Positions 29,491 to 39,893 of a DNA stretch of 64,000 nucleotides are shown here, one piece after another; position 1 is the first letter of the stretch, and each line of letters starts with the position of its first letter. This stretch comes from Thermoanaerobaculia bacterium. GTDB taxonomy: Bacteria; Acidobacteriota; Thermoanaerobaculia; Multivoradales; Multivoraceae. The DNA lies in NCBI GenBank assembly GCA_022823665.1, contig JAJEHN010000015.1, forward strand, positions 4,195-68,194, given 5' to 3'. Position numbers and translations under genes: made by a program. The notes beneath the pieces are model-generated. The model was not told the origin of the DNA. It was given only the letters and a program-made list of their open reading frames with translations, and did no database searches.

Positions 29491-29733
29491 ATGAAGAGCG
29501 ATATGCACCCCGAACTCCACCCGGTCGTATTCATCGACCCGTCGGCGAACGCCGAGTTCATCTCCCAGTCGACGATGACGAGCGACAAGACCCGGGACAT
29601 CGACGGCGTCGAGCACTACGAGATCCGGCTCGAGATCTCCTCCGCGTCCCACCCCTTCTACACGGGACGCCAGCACTTCGTCGACAGCGCCGGTCAGATC
29701 GAGAAGTTCCAGCGCCGCTACGGGCGCAAGTAG
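29491..29733 (+). CDS. rpmE2: 50S ribosomal protein L31 type B (Cys-less, zinc-independent paralog)
   Basis: [28 protein letters not shown]...[30 protein letters not shown] matches the L31 family but lacks the CxxC...CxxC zinc ribbon, which makes it a type B/YkgM-like paralog. Start at the internal Met of the 131-aa track ORF. Confidence 0.8.
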   Translation: MKSDMHPELHPVVFIDPSANAEFISQSTMTSDKTRDIDGVEHYEIRLEISSASHPFYTGRQHFVDSAGQIEKFQRRYGRK

Positions 29734-29744
29734 CGCCCCCGCAG

Positions 29745-32039
29745 CTAGCTCAGCGCCCGCCACACCTGGGCGACGGCGAAGCAGAGCACGAAGCCGAGCG
29801 CAACGGGCAGCAGGGCCGAGACCGCGGTCCAGCGGACGCTGCGGGTTTCCTTCCAGATCGTGTACAACGTCGTCGAACAGGGGTTGTGGACGAGGGAGAA
29901 GAGCATCAGGCAGACGGCGGTGAGCAGGGTGAAACCGCCGGCCTCGAGGACGCCGGCGGTCGCGGTCTGTGAGTCGAGCTCGAACATGACGCCGGCGCCG
30001 GCGCCGACGCCCGGCACGCCGGCCACGAGCACGGTCAGCATGAGAATCGTCGGGATCACGATCTCGTTGGCCGGGATCGCGATGATGTAGGCGACGAGGA
30101 TGATCCCGGTCAGGCCAAGGGCGAAGCCGAAGGGGTCGAGGACGCCGATCAGGCCCTCGGCCAGCGATGCCTCGCCGGCGCGGACGTTGCTGAGCAGCCA
30201 GATGACCGCCCCGGCGGGCGCGGCGAAGATCACCGCCCTCCAGAGCACGATGAGCGTCCGGTCGATGATCGAGGTGTAGATCGTCTGCAGCACCCGTGGC
30301 GGCCGGTAAGGCGGCAGCTCGAGCGAGAAGGCGGACGCCTCGCCGCGCAGGACGGTGCGCGACAGGAACCAGGAGACGGCGAAGGTCAGCACGACGCCCA
30401 GCACGGCGACCGCGACGACGGAGAGCGCCGAGACCGCGCCCGCGACGTGCGCCGGCACGAGGCCCCCGATGAAGATCGAGGCGACGAGAATCTGGGTCGG
30501 CCAGCGGCCGTTGCAGAGCGCGAAGTTGTTCGTGATGATCGCGATCAGACGCTCTCGCGGGCTGTCGATGATCCGCGTGGAGACGACCGCCGCCGCGTTG
30601 CAGCCCCAGCCCATCGCCATCGTCAGCGCCTGCTTGCCGTGAGCGCCGACACGGTGGAACATGCGGTCGAGGTTGAACGCCACTCGCGGCAGGTAGCCGA
30701 AGTCCTCCAGTAGCGTGAACAGCGGGAAGAAGATCGCCATCGGCGGCAGCATCACGGCGACGACCCAGGCGGTGGCCAGATAGACGCCGTCGATCAGGAG
30801 CCCGTCGAGCCACCAGACGAGGCCGAACGCGCCGGCAACGTCCTTCAGCAGCGGATGGACCGTGTCGATCAGGAGCGACGCGAGCAGCGACGACGGCACG
30901 TTCGCGCCCGCGATCGTCAGCCAGAAGACGACCGTCAGCATGAGCAGCATCAGCGGGAAACCGAACACGCGGCTGGTCACCAGGCGGTCGAGCGTGGCGT
31001 CGAAGTCGAAGCGGCGGTGCTCGCCGTCGCGGGAGACGGCGCGGTCGGCGATGCGGGCGGCTTCAGCGTAGACCGCCTCGGTCAACGCCTGGTGGAAGTT
31101 GCGGCCCACCCCCCATCGCAGCTGGCCAGCCAGCTCCAGTACGGCCGCGCGGGCCGCGGGGTCGGCGGCAATGGCGGGCTCCGCCAGTTCGGCGGCGGCC
31201 GCCCGGGTCGCCTCCGGTTCGGCAACCGCCGAAACGTCGGCACCGTCTTCCCGCACTCCCAGGTCAACGAGTTCCGCCAGCGAACCGCTCTCCACCGCCG
31301 CGGCCAGCGTACGGTCGCCGTCGAGCAGCCGGAGAGCGACCCACTGTGGATTCGGCAGCGTCGGGAACGCATCCTGGATCGCTCCGGACAACCGGCGGGT
31401 CGCCTCGCTCAGCACCGGGGACCGGCCGCCGACACGCCGCGGCCGGCAACGGTAGGAACCCGTCGCCACCTCCGCGACGACCCGGTTGAGTTCCTCGAGG
31501 CCCTCGCCGGAGCGGGCCGCCGTCGCCACCACCGGCACGCCGAGATCCCGCGCCAGACGCCGCGCATCGACCGTCAACCCCTTGCGCCGCGCCTCGTCCA
31601 TCAGGTTGAGGCAGACGACGGCGCGGTCCGTGATCTCGAGCACCTGGAGCGCCAGATTCAGGTTCCGCTCCAGGCGCGTCGCGTCGACGACGATCACCGT
31701 GACGTCCGGTCGGCCGAAGAGAATGAAGTCGCGGGCGGTTTCCTCGTCGAGACTGGACGAGAGCAACGAGTAGGTCCCCGGCAAGTCGACCAGCTTGTAG
31801 CGGTCGCCGCCGTACTCGAAACCGCCCTCCGCGCGGGTCACCGTCTTGCCGGGCCAGTTGCCGGTGTGCTGGCGCAGGCCGGTCAGGGCGTTGAAGACCG
31901 TGCTCTTGCCCGTGTTCGGGTTGCCGGCCAGGGCGACGACGTAGTCCCAGTCGCTCATGTCGACGCCGAGCCGGACGAGGTTGCCCAGGTGATGCGCCGG
32001 GCAGTTGGCGCAGTCTTGCGCGAGCGCTGGTTGGGTCAT
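29745..32039 (-). CDS. feoB: Ferrous iron transporter B
   Basis: 764 aa. N-terminal G-domain ([28 protein letters not shown]). C-terminal polytopic nucleoside-transporter-like membrane domain with a Gate motif. Confidence 0.95.
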   Translation of the reverse strand: MTQPALAQDCANCPAHHLGNLVRLGVDMSDWDYVVALAGNPNTGKSTVFNALTGLRQHTGNWPGKTVTRAEGGFEYGGDRYKLVDLPGTYSLLSSSLDEETARDFILFGRPDVTVIVVDATRLERNLNLALQVLEITDRAVVCLNLMDEARRKGLTVDARRLARDLGVPVVATAARSGEGLEELNRVVAEVATGSYRCRPRRVGGRSPVLSEATRRLSGAIQDAFPTLPNPQWVALRLLDGDRTLAAAVESGSLAELVDLGVREDGADVSAVAEPEATRAAAAELAEPAIAADPAARAAVLELAGQLRWGVGRNFHQALTEAVYAEAARIADRAVSRDGEHRRFDFDATLDRLVTSRVFGFPLMLLMLTVVFWLTIAGANVPSSLLASLLIDTVHPLLKDVAGAFGLVWWLDGLLIDGVYLATAWVVAVMLPPMAIFFPLFTLLEDFGYLPRVAFNLDRMFHRVGAHGKQALTMAMGWGCNAAAVVSTRIIDSPRERLIAIITNNFALCNGRWPTQILVASIFIGGLVPAHVAGAVSALSVVAVAVLGVVLTFAVSWFLSRTVLRGEASAFSLELPPYRPPRVLQTIYTSIIDRTLIVLWRAVIFAAPAGAVIWLLSNVRAGEASLAEGLIGVLDPFGFALGLTGIILVAYIIAIPANEIVIPTILMLTVLVAGVPGVGAGAGVMFELDSQTATAGVLEAGGFTLLTAVCLMLFSLVHNPCSTTLYTIWKETRSVRWTAVSALLPVALGFVLCFAVAQVWRALS

Positions 32040-33082
32040 GCCGACGCCTCCTGCGCGAGCTGCCGCACCTGGATCTGATTGGCCTGCGACCGGCGCAGGG
32101 CGATCACCGCGCCGCGCACCCGGTAGGCGACCGGATCACCCGAGGGGCTGGCCATCTTCGCTTCCACCAGAGTGCCCGGAAGCAGTCCCAGGTCGAGCAG
32201 CCGGCGACGCTCCATGCCGCGGCAGAAGCGGGAGAAGCCGACTACCTGCGCCTGCTCGCCGACGGCCACGTCCGACAGCGATCCAGTGGCGTCAGCCGCT
32301 GCCGAAGTTCCGCCGGAGGCGTCCTCCTCGGCCCGAATGGCGAAGATGTTCGCCGCGATGACCGGCGCCAGCACGACCTCGTCCAGGTCGGCTTCGAAAC
32401 GGATGCGCTCGGCCGCCACGGACGCGATGCGCAGCCTCATGCCGGGATGCACGCCCTCGGCGACCAATTGCGCGTAAATCGCGGCGGGCTCGTCCTCGAC
32501 GTGGACGACTTCGACTTCGTCGCCGGCCTCGAAGTCCGTCAGCGCCCGGCCGGCTCGCGGTGGAAGGTCGCCTTCCTCGGTCGGGATCGGGTCGCCGTGC
32601 GGGTCGAACGGCGGATGGCCCAGCCGCACCGACAGTTCCTCGGCCTGCTCGGCGGAAGTCCTGTGCTCCCGGCGCTCCGCCTCCGGGTGCCAGCGTTCCG
32701 GCTCCATCCCTGTCTCGTCCGCGAGATAGCGCTCCCACAGCCGGTGAATGCGGATGACGCGCAGCGCCTCGCTGCGTCCTTCGGCGGTCAGCCGGAACCC
32801 CCCTTCCGCCGACACGATGAGCCCCAGCCTCTCCATGCGGGCGAGAAGCTCGGTGCTGCGCCGGCCCCCCAGCCGCAACACGCCGACGAGACTCTGGTGG
32901 GTCGCCTGACGCCCCTGGTACTCGCAGTCGAAGAGGTGCTTCAGCGCGTCCTCGGTGCGTGTCCGGTGCAGGACGCGCCAGCCGGAACGCCAGCGCCACA
33001 GCCAGCCGCGGTCGGGCCATGCCACGAGGGCGGCCAGGGCGACGACCGCGGCGAGAATAACCAGTGCAAGAAGCGGGTTCAT
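32036..33082 (-). CDS. Membrane-anchored DtxR/MntR-like HTH regulator fused to two FeoA domains
   Basis: N-terminal TM ([22 protein letters not shown]). A DtxR-type wHTH and metal-binding/dimerisation region ([35 protein letters not shown]). Two SH3-like FeoA domains ([17 protein letters not shown]...; [16 protein letters not shown]...[21 protein letters not shown]). Its stop overlaps the feoB start by 4 nt. Confidence 0.7.
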   Translation of the reverse strand: MNPLLALVILAAVVALAALVAWPDRGWLWRWRSGWRVLHRTRTEDALKHLFDCEYQGRQATHQSLVGVLRLGGRRSTELLARMERLGLIVSAEGGFRLTAEGRSEALRVIRIHRLWERYLADETGMEPERWHPEAERREHRTSAEQAEELSVRLGHPPFDPHGDPIPTEEGDLPPRAGRALTDFEAGDEVEVVHVEDEPAAIYAQLVAEGVHPGMRLRIASVAAERIRFEADLDEVVLAPVIAANIFAIRAEEDASGGTSAAADATGSLSDVAVGEQAQVVGFSRFCRGMERRRLLDLGLLPGTLVEAKMASPSGDPVAYRVRGAVIALRRSQANQIQVRQLAQEASA

Positions 33083-33110
33083 GGTGTTCGGGGAGCGTTC
33101 GCGCGGGGAT

Positions 33111-33128
33111 GATTCGTTTCCGCGAATC
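33111..33128. promoter_or_regulatory. Candidate operator: inverted repeat GATTCG-n6-CGAATC in the divergent promoter region between the DtxR-FeoA/feoB operon and the permease-HMA gene
   Basis: A perfect 6-bp-arm palindrome, 28 nt upstream of the regulator gene start, in a 106-bp divergent intergenic region. It does not match a canonical Fur or IdeR box. Confidence 0.2.
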
Positions 33129-33188
33129 GGAGTTTTAGTCTACACTAAGTCTCCTTGGAGCGTCTCGCGACGATAGAGTGACTCTGCA

Positions 33189-34457
33189 ATGACAGGCTTC
33201 CTACAGTCGACCTGGAGCGTGCTCGCCGAGCTCGCACCCTGGCTGCTGTTCGGCGCCCTTCTCGCCGCGCTGCTGCACGTCCTGCTGCCTCGCAACCTGA
33301 TCCGCCGGCAGCTCAGCGGCTACGCCGGCACGATCAAGGCGGTTGTCCTGGGCGTGCCCCTGCCGCTCTGCTCCTGCGGCGTGATCCCGGCCGGCATCGG
33401 CCTCAAGCGCACCGGCGCCAGCAACGGCTCGGCGATGGGCTTCCTGATCAGCACGCCGCAGACCGGCGTCGACTCGATCCTGGTCAGCGCGACCTTCCTC
33501 GGCTGGCCCTTCGCCCTGTTCAAGGTCGCGGCCGCCGCGGTGACCGGCATCGCGGGCGGCTGGTGGGTCGAGGGGATGAAGGACGACGGCGCACCGGTCG
33601 AGGAGGAGGCTCCGCCCGAGGACGCCACCGGCGAACCGGCTAGCGGGCATCGCATCGGCGGCAAGGTCCTTCCCAGGATCACCGAGATGATCGATCACGG
33701 CGGCGAACTCCTGCAGAGCATCTGGCGCTGGGTCGCGGTCGGCATCCTCGTGTCCGCCGCGATCGAGGTCCTGTTGCCGCAGCAGGCGTGGCTCGATCTG
33801 GCCGCGCTGGGGACGTTCGGCGCCGCCGCCGCGGCGCTCGTCATTTCCCTGCCGCTCTACGTCTGCGCCACCGCCTCGGTTCCGATCGCGGCCGCCCTGG
33901 TCGCCAACGGACTGCCCCTGGGCGCCGCGCTCGTGTTCCTGATGGCCGGTCCCGCCACCAACGTCGCCACCGTGGGAGCGGTCTACCGCGGCTTCGGGCG
34001 CAAGGTGACCGCGGTCTACCTGACGACCGTCATCGTCGGCAGCCTCGGCTTCGCCGTGCTGTTCGAGACGCTGATCGGAGGCGCCGCGATCCGGGCAGGG
34101 GACGCGCACGAACACGGCGTGCCCTGGTGGGCGGCAATCTCGGCGATCCTGCTGGTCCTGATGTTCGGCTGGTTCGGCCTGCAGGAGTTCCGGCGCTGGC
34201 GACGCAACGCGAGAGCGGACCGGTGGTCGAGCGAGCAGGTAGCGGCCGGCGAGCCGGGCGACAGGGCGGTGGAAATCGCGGTGACCGGCATGACTTGCGG
34301 CAACTGCGCGGACGCGGTCGAGTCCGCTCTGCTTGCCGCGCCGGGGGTCCAGGCGGCCCGCGTCGACCTGACCGGCGGCACCGCCACGGTATGGGGCGCG
34401 GCCGCCGCCGCGACGCTCCGCGAGGCCGTCCAGGACGCGGGCTTCGGAACCCCCTGA
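33189..34457 (+). CDS. Permease (YraQ/DUF318-type, Cys-pair metal transporter-like) fused to a C-terminal heavy-metal-associated (HMA) domain
   Basis: 8-10 TM with a conserved intramembrane CxC (PLPLCSCGVIPAG). The C-terminal HMA fold carries a GMTCGNCADAVESAL metal-binding MxCxxC. Divergent from the feo operon. Confidence 0.7.
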   Translation: MTGFLQSTWSVLAELAPWLLFGALLAALLHVLLPRNLIRRQLSGYAGTIKAVVLGVPLPLCSCGVIPAGIGLKRTGASNGSAMGFLISTPQTGVDSILVSATFLGWPFALFKVAAAAVTGIAGGWWVEGMKDDGAPVEEEAPPEDATGEPASGHRIGGKVLPRITEMIDHGGELLQSIWRWVAVGILVSAAIEVLLPQQAWLDLAALGTFGAAAAALVISLPLYVCATASVPIAAALVANGLPLGAALVFLMAGPATNVATVGAVYRGFGRKVTAVYLTTVIVGSLGFAVLFETLIGGAAIRAGDAHEHGVPWWAAISAILLVLMFGWFGLQEFRRWRRNARADRWSSEQVAAGEPGDRAVEIAVTGMTCGNCADAVESALLAAPGVQAARVDLTGGTATVWGAAAAATLREAVQDAGFGTP

Positions 34458-34530
34458 GCCCTCCGGCACGCACCGAGCACACCGCCCGTTTGCACGCGAC
34501 GCCTCCCGGACATAACCTTCGCGCGCGAAC

Positions 34531-35658
34531 ATGAAAGCCGGAGTCGTACGCGAAACGCATCCGGGAGAGCGCCGGGTCGCCCTGGTTCCCGAGAGCGTCG
34601 CCCGAATCAACGCCAAGGGTGTCGACTTCCTGGTCGAAACCGGCGCCGGCGCAGCGGCCGGTTTCGACGACGACGCGTACCGCGATGCCGGCGCGGAGAT
34701 CGCCGCTACGGCCGGCGACGTGCTCGCGTCAGCCGACCTCGTGGTCCGCGTCCAGGCGCCCGACTCCAACGAGATCGAGGCGTCGAAGGCGGGCGCGGCG
34801 GTCGTCGGCCTGCTCTTCCCGCTGACCGCCGCGGCGATGGTGCAGCAACTACGCGACGCCCGGCTCACCGCGATCGCGCTCGACCGGATCCCCCGGGTCA
34901 CGCTGGCACAGTCGATGGACGTCCTGAGTTCCCAGAGCACCGTCGCCGGCTACCGCGCCGCGGTGCTCGCTGCCTACCGCCTGCCCCAGTTCTTCCCGCT
35001 GCTGATGACGGCGGCCGGGCGAATCGACCCGGCCCGCGTTCTGGTTCTCGGCGCCGGCGTCGCCGGACTGCAGGCGATCGCGACCGCCCACCGGCTGGGC
35101 GCGGTCGTCGAGGCCTACGACGTGCGCGCCGTCGTCAAGGAGCAGGTCGAGAGCCTGGGCGCGAGCTTCGTCGAGGTGCCGGCGATCGAGGACGCCGAGA
35201 CCGAGGGCGGCTACGCCCGGGAGGTCTCGGAGGAGAGCCAGCGGCGGGCCAACGAGGTGATCGCCGAACGGCTGCGTTCGACCGACGCCTGCATCACGAC
35301 GGCGTTGATCCCCGGGCGCCCGGCGCCCAGGCTGATCACGGCCGAGATGGTCGAGGGCATGCCGCACGGCTCGCTGATCGTCGATCTGGCCGCCGAACAG
35401 GGCGGCAACTGCGAGCTGACGAAGCCGGGCGAAGAGATCAACGTGAACGGCGTCACCGTGCTGGGACCGCTCAACCTGGCCAGCGACCTGGCCGCGGACG
35501 CCAGCCGCATGTTCTCGCGCAACGCCGAGAAGCTCGTGCTCTACCTGCTCGCCGACGGCGAGTTGAGCTTCGACTTCGACAACGAGATCGTCAAGGGCTG
35601 CGTCGTCACCCACGACGGCGAGATCGTCGACAAACAGGTCGCCGAAGCACTGGCCTGA
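34531..35658 (+). CDS. pntAA: NAD(P) transhydrogenase subunit alpha part 1 (dI, NAD(H)-binding)
   Basis: Alanine-dehydrogenase/PNT N- and C-domains. Rossmann motif LVLGAGVAGLQAI. Followed by pntAB and pntB. Confidence 0.9.
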   Translation: MKAGVVRETHPGERRVALVPESVARINAKGVDFLVETGAGAAAGFDDDAYRDAGAEIAATAGDVLASADLVVRVQAPDSNEIEASKAGAAVVGLLFPLTAAAMVQQLRDARLTAIALDRIPRVTLAQSMDVLSSQSTVAGYRAAVLAAYRLPQFFPLLMTAAGRIDPARVLVLGAGVAGLQAIATAHRLGAVVEAYDVRAVVKEQVESLGASFVEVPAIEDAETEGGYAREVSEESQRRANEVIAERLRSTDACITTALIPGRPAPRLITAEMVEGMPHGSLIVDLAAEQGGNCELTKPGEEINVNGVTVLGPLNLASDLAADASRMFSRNAEKLVLYLLADGELSFDFDNEIVKGCVVTHDGEIVDKQVAEALA

Positions 35659-35703
35659 CCCCACCGTCACGGCCTGAACCCCGCGCAAGGAGGAGCAACC
35701 GAA

Positions 35704-36018
35704 ATGCTCGAGATCTTCCTTGGGCTGTACATCTTCATGCTCGCGGCCTTCGTCGGCTACGGCGTGATCAAGGGTGTACCTGCCCTGCTCCACACTCCGC
35801 TGATGGCGTTCACGAACGCGATCTCCGGCATCTCCCTGGTCGGCTCCCTGGTCGCCGCCGGCGCCCACTACAACGACGTGAGCACCGTCCTCGGCGCCAT
35901 CGCCGTGCTCTGCGCGACGATCAACGTCGTCGGCGGCTTCTGGATCACGGACCGCATGCTGCGGATGTTCAAGAAGCAGGACCCGAAGGCTGACGCGGCC
36001 GGAGACGCCGCATCGTGA
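35704..36018 (+). CDS. pntAB: NAD(P) transhydrogenase subunit alpha part 2 (membrane dII fragment)
   Basis: 104 aa, 3 TM (MLEIFLGLYIFMLAAFVGYGVIKGVPALLHTPLMAFTNAISGIS...). Position and size are canonical for split PntA. Confidence 0.85.
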   Translation: MLEIFLGLYIFMLAAFVGYGVIKGVPALLHTPLMAFTNAISGISLVGSLVAAGAHYNDVSTVLGAIAVLCATINVVGGFWITDRMLRMFKKQDPKADAAGDAAS

Positions 36019-37427
36019 TCAGCCAGGTCGAGACGCTCTACCTGATCGCGTCGTTCCTGTTCATCCTAGGGCTCCGCGGCCTGACCGCGGCCCACACGGC
36101 CCGGCGCGGGCTGATCTTCGCTGAACTGGGCATGGGGTTCGCCATCTGGGGCACCCTGATCCACCCGGACATCATGGCCCGCTTCGAGATCGCGGGCTTC
36201 TTCGACACCTACAAGTGGATCCTGCTGACCTTCTTCATCGGCAGCGCCATCGGCATCGCCATCTCGGCGCTCATCCCGATGACCCGGATGCCCGAGCGGA
36301 TCGCCCTCTCCCACGCCTTCGGCGGACTCGCCGCGGCGCTGGTCGGCGTCTCCGAGTACTACCGCGAGCAGGTCGTCGCCGGGCACATGGACCACACGAC
36401 GATGGGCGCGATCGGCTTCGAGGTCCTGTTCGGGGGATTGACCTTCACCGGCTCGCTGATGGCCTTCGGCAAACTCTCGGGCCTCATTCCCGGCCGCAAC
36501 ATCACCTGGCCGCTCCAGAACCAGAGCAACATCCTGATGTTCGGGGGCACCTTCGTGCTCCTCGTCCTGGTCACCATCGACCCGTCGAACCAGATCCTCT
36601 TCTACGCCATGGCGGCGATGCCGCTGCTGCTCGGCATCCTGTTCGTGGCGCCCATCGGCGGCGCCGACATGCCGGTCGTCATCACGCTGCTCAACTCCTA
36701 CGCCGGCCTCGCCGCCTCGGCGACCGGATTCGCACTGGACAACAACGTCCTGATCATCGCCGGCGCCATCGACGGCGCCTCGGGTTTCATCCTCTCCGTC
36801 GTCATGAGCAAGGCGATGAACCGCTCGTTCCGCAACGTCCTGTTCGGCGCCTTCGGCAAGGTCGACGAGGAAGACGCGGCGATGGCCTCCGCGGGCGGCG
36901 AACGGGTCCAGGAAGCCTCCGTCGGCGATGCCGCGATGCTGCTCTCCGGCGCAGGCTCCGTCATCGTCTGCCCCGGCTACGGCATGGCGGTGGCACAGGC
37001 CCAGCACGTCGTCGGCGAACTGGCCGAGATCCTGGAAGCGAACGGCACCCAGGTCCGCTACGCCATCCATCCCGTCGCCGGCCGCATGCCTGGCCACATG
37101 AACGTCCTGCTCGCCGAGGCGAAGATTCCCTACACGTCGCTGATGGAGCTCGAGGAGATCAACGAGGACTTCAAGAACACCGACGTCGCCCTCGTCGTCG
37201 GCGCCAACGACGTAGTCAACCCGGCCGCGAAGCACAACCCGGCCAGCTCGATCTACGGCATGCCGGTGCTGAACGCCGACCTGGCGAGGTCCTGCATCGT
37301 CCTCAAGCGCTCGATGCGGCCGGGCTTCGCCGGCATCGAGAACGAGCTGTTCTTCGCACCGAACACGGTGCTGACGTTCGGCGACGCGAAGGACACGTTG
37401 GAGAAAGTCGTCGAGGCGTTGCGTTAA
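36015..37427 (+). CDS. pntB: NAD(P) transhydrogenase subunit beta
   Basis: 470 aa. N-terminal 9 TM plus a C-terminal dIII NADP(H)-binding domain (GYGMAVAQAQH...VGANDVVNPAA). Overlaps pntAB by 4 nt. Confidence 0.92.
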   Translation: MISQVETLYLIASFLFILGLRGLTAAHTARRGLIFAELGMGFAIWGTLIHPDIMARFEIAGFFDTYKWILLTFFIGSAIGIAISALIPMTRMPERIALSHAFGGLAAALVGVSEYYREQVVAGHMDHTTMGAIGFEVLFGGLTFTGSLMAFGKLSGLIPGRNITWPLQNQSNILMFGGTFVLLVLVTIDPSNQILFYAMAAMPLLLGILFVAPIGGADMPVVITLLNSYAGLAASATGFALDNNVLIIAGAIDGASGFILSVVMSKAMNRSFRNVLFGAFGKVDEEDAAMASAGGERVQEASVGDAAMLLSGAGSVIVCPGYGMAVAQAQHVVGELAEILEANGTQVRYAIHPVAGRMPGHMNVLLAEAKIPYTSLMELEEINEDFKNTDVALVVGANDVVNPAAKHNPASSIYGMPVLNADLARSCIVLKRSMRPGFAGIENELFFAPNTVLTFGDAKDTLEKVVEALR

Positions 37428-37475
37428 GGGCGCGCTGCGTACTTGGCTTCCCGCCATGCCGCGAAAGCTGGCGAT

Positions 37476-38438
37476 CTATGAGACCTCGCTGCCTCCGAAA
37501 TGGATGATCCGGCCTTCCGGATCGGGAATCCACGGGCCCGAAACCGCCATCACCACTGTCCTTGGAGGGTCGGCAAGACCTCTCTCAACAACCGTTGGAG
37601 GTAACGCTTCAAAGATGACTGGAACGTCAGATGGGTAAGGCCAGTCCGGCCCCGAGAACCATCGAGTTGGACTGGTGTGACTCCTTCCTATCAGCACAAC
37701 CTCGCCATCATCCAAGAAACTCGAATAGTACGCCTTCTTCTCGGCCTCAAGCCAAACCTTCTTCCGAAAGGTCGTCCCGCCAGCCTCGGACCAGCCACCA
37801 AGCTGATGCCGGAGCTCCGCACCGTAGAAGACCGTCCCGAGGCTCAACTTCTGCGCCTCCTTGAGGCGCTTGAGTGACTCCTCGCGCCCCTCAAGAGTCC
37901 AGTCCAGTCGTGGCTCGCGAACTCGCTCGGGGTGATTCGTCAGACCAAGCACGCCGCTAGTCTCTCCAGCCTTACCGAGCACCATCTGCTCGATATGAAT
38001 CAGCACCCGCTGAGCGTAGTACGCCGCATCGTGCTTGACGGGATCATGATAGTGTACGTGCGGCAGACGTTTGGCAGGAGGAGGGGGGAACGGCAATTGA
38101 AGAACGGGTACGGGCGCTCCTTCCCTATAGTGCAACTCCAAGTCGGTGGGGACCTTCAGGGCAAGACTGTAGGCAGGGAAAACGTGTCTTCGGCCATGCA
38201 CCGACTCGCGAGCCGAGCTACAGTATGCTTGGATCCAGGACCATTCCTCCGCACTGCGCGAAACAGGTGCACGCGCCACGGCCAGCTTGATTCTCGATCT
38301 TTGATTCTCGTACATTCCCGACGTGACTACCTCGTCGAGCACGTCCATGTACTTCTGGGGATCAAGTCCCATATCTCCGGCCATGCGCTCGACTTGATTC
38401 CTGCGCAGCGACCGCGCTTGCTGGGGACAACTCGTCAT
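37476..38438 (-). CDS. Hypothetical protein in a reduced-GC island (candidate restriction-system component)
   Basis: No recognisable motifs. Lies 22 nt downstream of the DNA MTase gene on the same strand, inside the GC-depressed segment. Start chosen at internal Met M27; M1 and M45 are also possible. Confidence 0.4.
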   Translation of the reverse strand: MTSCPQQARSLRRNQVERMAGDMGLDPQKYMDVLDEVVTSGMYENQRSRIKLAVARAPVSRSAEEWSWIQAYCSSARESVHGRRHVFPAYSLALKVPTDLELHYREGAPVPVLQLPFPPPPAKRLPHVHYHDPVKHDAAYYAQRVLIHIEQMVLGKAGETSGVLGLTNHPERVREPRLDWTLEGREESLKRLKEAQKLSLGTVFYGAELRHQLGGWSEAGGTTFRKKVWLEAEKKAYYSSFLDDGEVVLIGRSHTSPTRWFSGPDWPYPSDVPVIFEALPPTVVERGLADPPRTVVMAVSGPWIPDPEGRIIHFGGSEVS

Positions 38439-38537
38439 GGGCCGACCGTACAACTCTGCGCGACCTTGGTCAAGCGGACTACCTCGACCCGGTACTGCGC
38501 CTCCACGACCGACCAAAGAAGGTGACGGATACAGCCA

Positions 38538-39893
38538 CTACGGAGTTCCGAACACGATCGACACCGCCGCCGGTAGTGCCGACGGTTGCGGCTCGCCGCC
38601 GGAAGCTCTTGCGGCTGAGGCTTCCTGTCTCTGCGGGGCGATCCGACTCGTGGCCCCCGATGCCGACCACGTACCCGACACGCAGAACTCCACAAGCTCC
38701 TTCTTCGAGTTGCGCTTCCGGATAGGACGCACCTCGACCTTCTCGAATCCGGCTCGGCGCATCAGCGCGGCATACACTTTCTCGATCGGCACCAGTACGC
38801 CGTAGAAGACCGAGTTCCCAACGATGTAGTGAGCACGAGCGCCGGGCCTGAGCACGCGGCCCACGCTGGCCACATGCTTAGCCACATCCTCGCCGTACTT
38901 CTCCACATAGGCGGCGAGGATCGAACCGTTCGACCGTCCACTCCCAGCGATCTGCCCTACTACCTCAAGCAGTTGGTCCGGCAAACGGACATCCGCGGCA
39001 CGCCGCCACTTGCCAAGCCTGCTGGTGGCTACGCCCCAGGTGCCACCGATTGCCTGCCAGTCGAGTTCCCCGGCCTCTCGACCGTTCTGGAGGTAGTCGA
39101 GCCAATACATGTACGGACGCAGTTCACGGATGTACGACATGCGGTTCGCATACGGCGGCGACGTCACGACCAAGTCGAACGGCTCGCCAAAGCAGTCCTC
39201 GATGCGGCGCGAGTCGCCGAGAACGACGGACACGTTGCCCTCCGGGTTGTACGCAGCGCCCTCGGTCACGAAACGGAGTTCCTGTCGAAACAGCTCCCCC
39301 TCGTCCACGGAGAGGTCCAACTCGCTCTGAGCCGCATCCCTGAACGACATGGACTGATGGTTGAAGGCTGCGGCGGACAGCCGAATCACTAGCCGGCAGA
39401 ACGCTACGTTCAACAGGTCTCGAACCTGGTCGTTCTGCGAAACGTCTTCGATGGCGGCCTTCAGATAGCGGAGGTACATGCGATCCGAACTCGACCACCA
39501 GCGTTCGATCCTGTGCATGGGCGGCTCCTCGACGGGATCGATCCTTCGCTGAAGGGCCTTCTGAAGTACCGCCTCGCCAGCTGTCTCGGCTTCCATGATC
39601 TTTCGAGAGCCATACATGGCCGTCTTGGCTCGGGCGAACCATACGAGGAACGGATTGATGTCCACCGTGCCCGCTTCGTGCCCGCGGTTGGCCGCGGCCA
39701 GAGCAGTGGTGCCCGCGCCACAGAACGGGTCGAGAACGCGGAGGTTCGGACCGCAATCGGCCATCAACTCCTCGACGATCCTCAGTGAGTACGCCGGCGT
39801 CAGCCGCAGCCAGCCGTGCCGACCCAACCGGGTGTTGTAGCGATGCGTGTACTCAGCCCGCTGCCGGAGTTTGGACGTTGCGGTCCCGTTCAT
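38538..39893 (-). CDS. DNA methyltransferase (amino-MTase, N6-adenine or N4-cytosine)
   Basis: Motif I FxGxG (LDPFCGAGTTALAAA) and motif IV SPPY (VVTSPPYANR) with about 190 aa between them, which would be the target-recognition domain. Its start overlaps the upstream ORF's stop (ATGA). GC is about 62%, against roughly 70% in the flanks. Confidence 0.8.
   Translation of the reverse strand: MNGTATSKLRQRAEYTHRYNTRLGRHGWLRLTPAYSLRIVEELMADCGPNLRVLDPFCGAGTTALAAANRGHEAGTVDINPFLVWFARAKTAMYGSRKIMEAETAGEAVLQKALQRRIDPVEEPPMHRIERWWSSSDRMYLRYLKAAIEDVSQNDQVRDLLNVAFCRLVIRLSAAAFNHQSMSFRDAAQSELDLSVDEGELFRQELRFVTEGAAYNPEGNVSVVLGDSRRIEDCFGEPFDLVVTSPPYANRMSYIRELRPYMYWLDYLQNGREAGELDWQAIGGTWGVATSRLGKWRRAADVRLPDQLLEVVGQIAGSGRSNGSILAAYVEKYGEDVAKHVASVGRVLRPGARAHYIVGNSVFYGVLVPIEKVYAALMRRAGFEKVEVRPIRKRNSKKELVEFCVSGTWSASGATSRIAPQRQEASAARASGGEPQPSALPAAVSIVFGTP

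Noticed and set aside
36066-37507. 463-aa minus-strand and 430-aa plus-strand ORFs over pntB
   Set aside because: Overlap the canonical pntB frame. Compositional artefacts.
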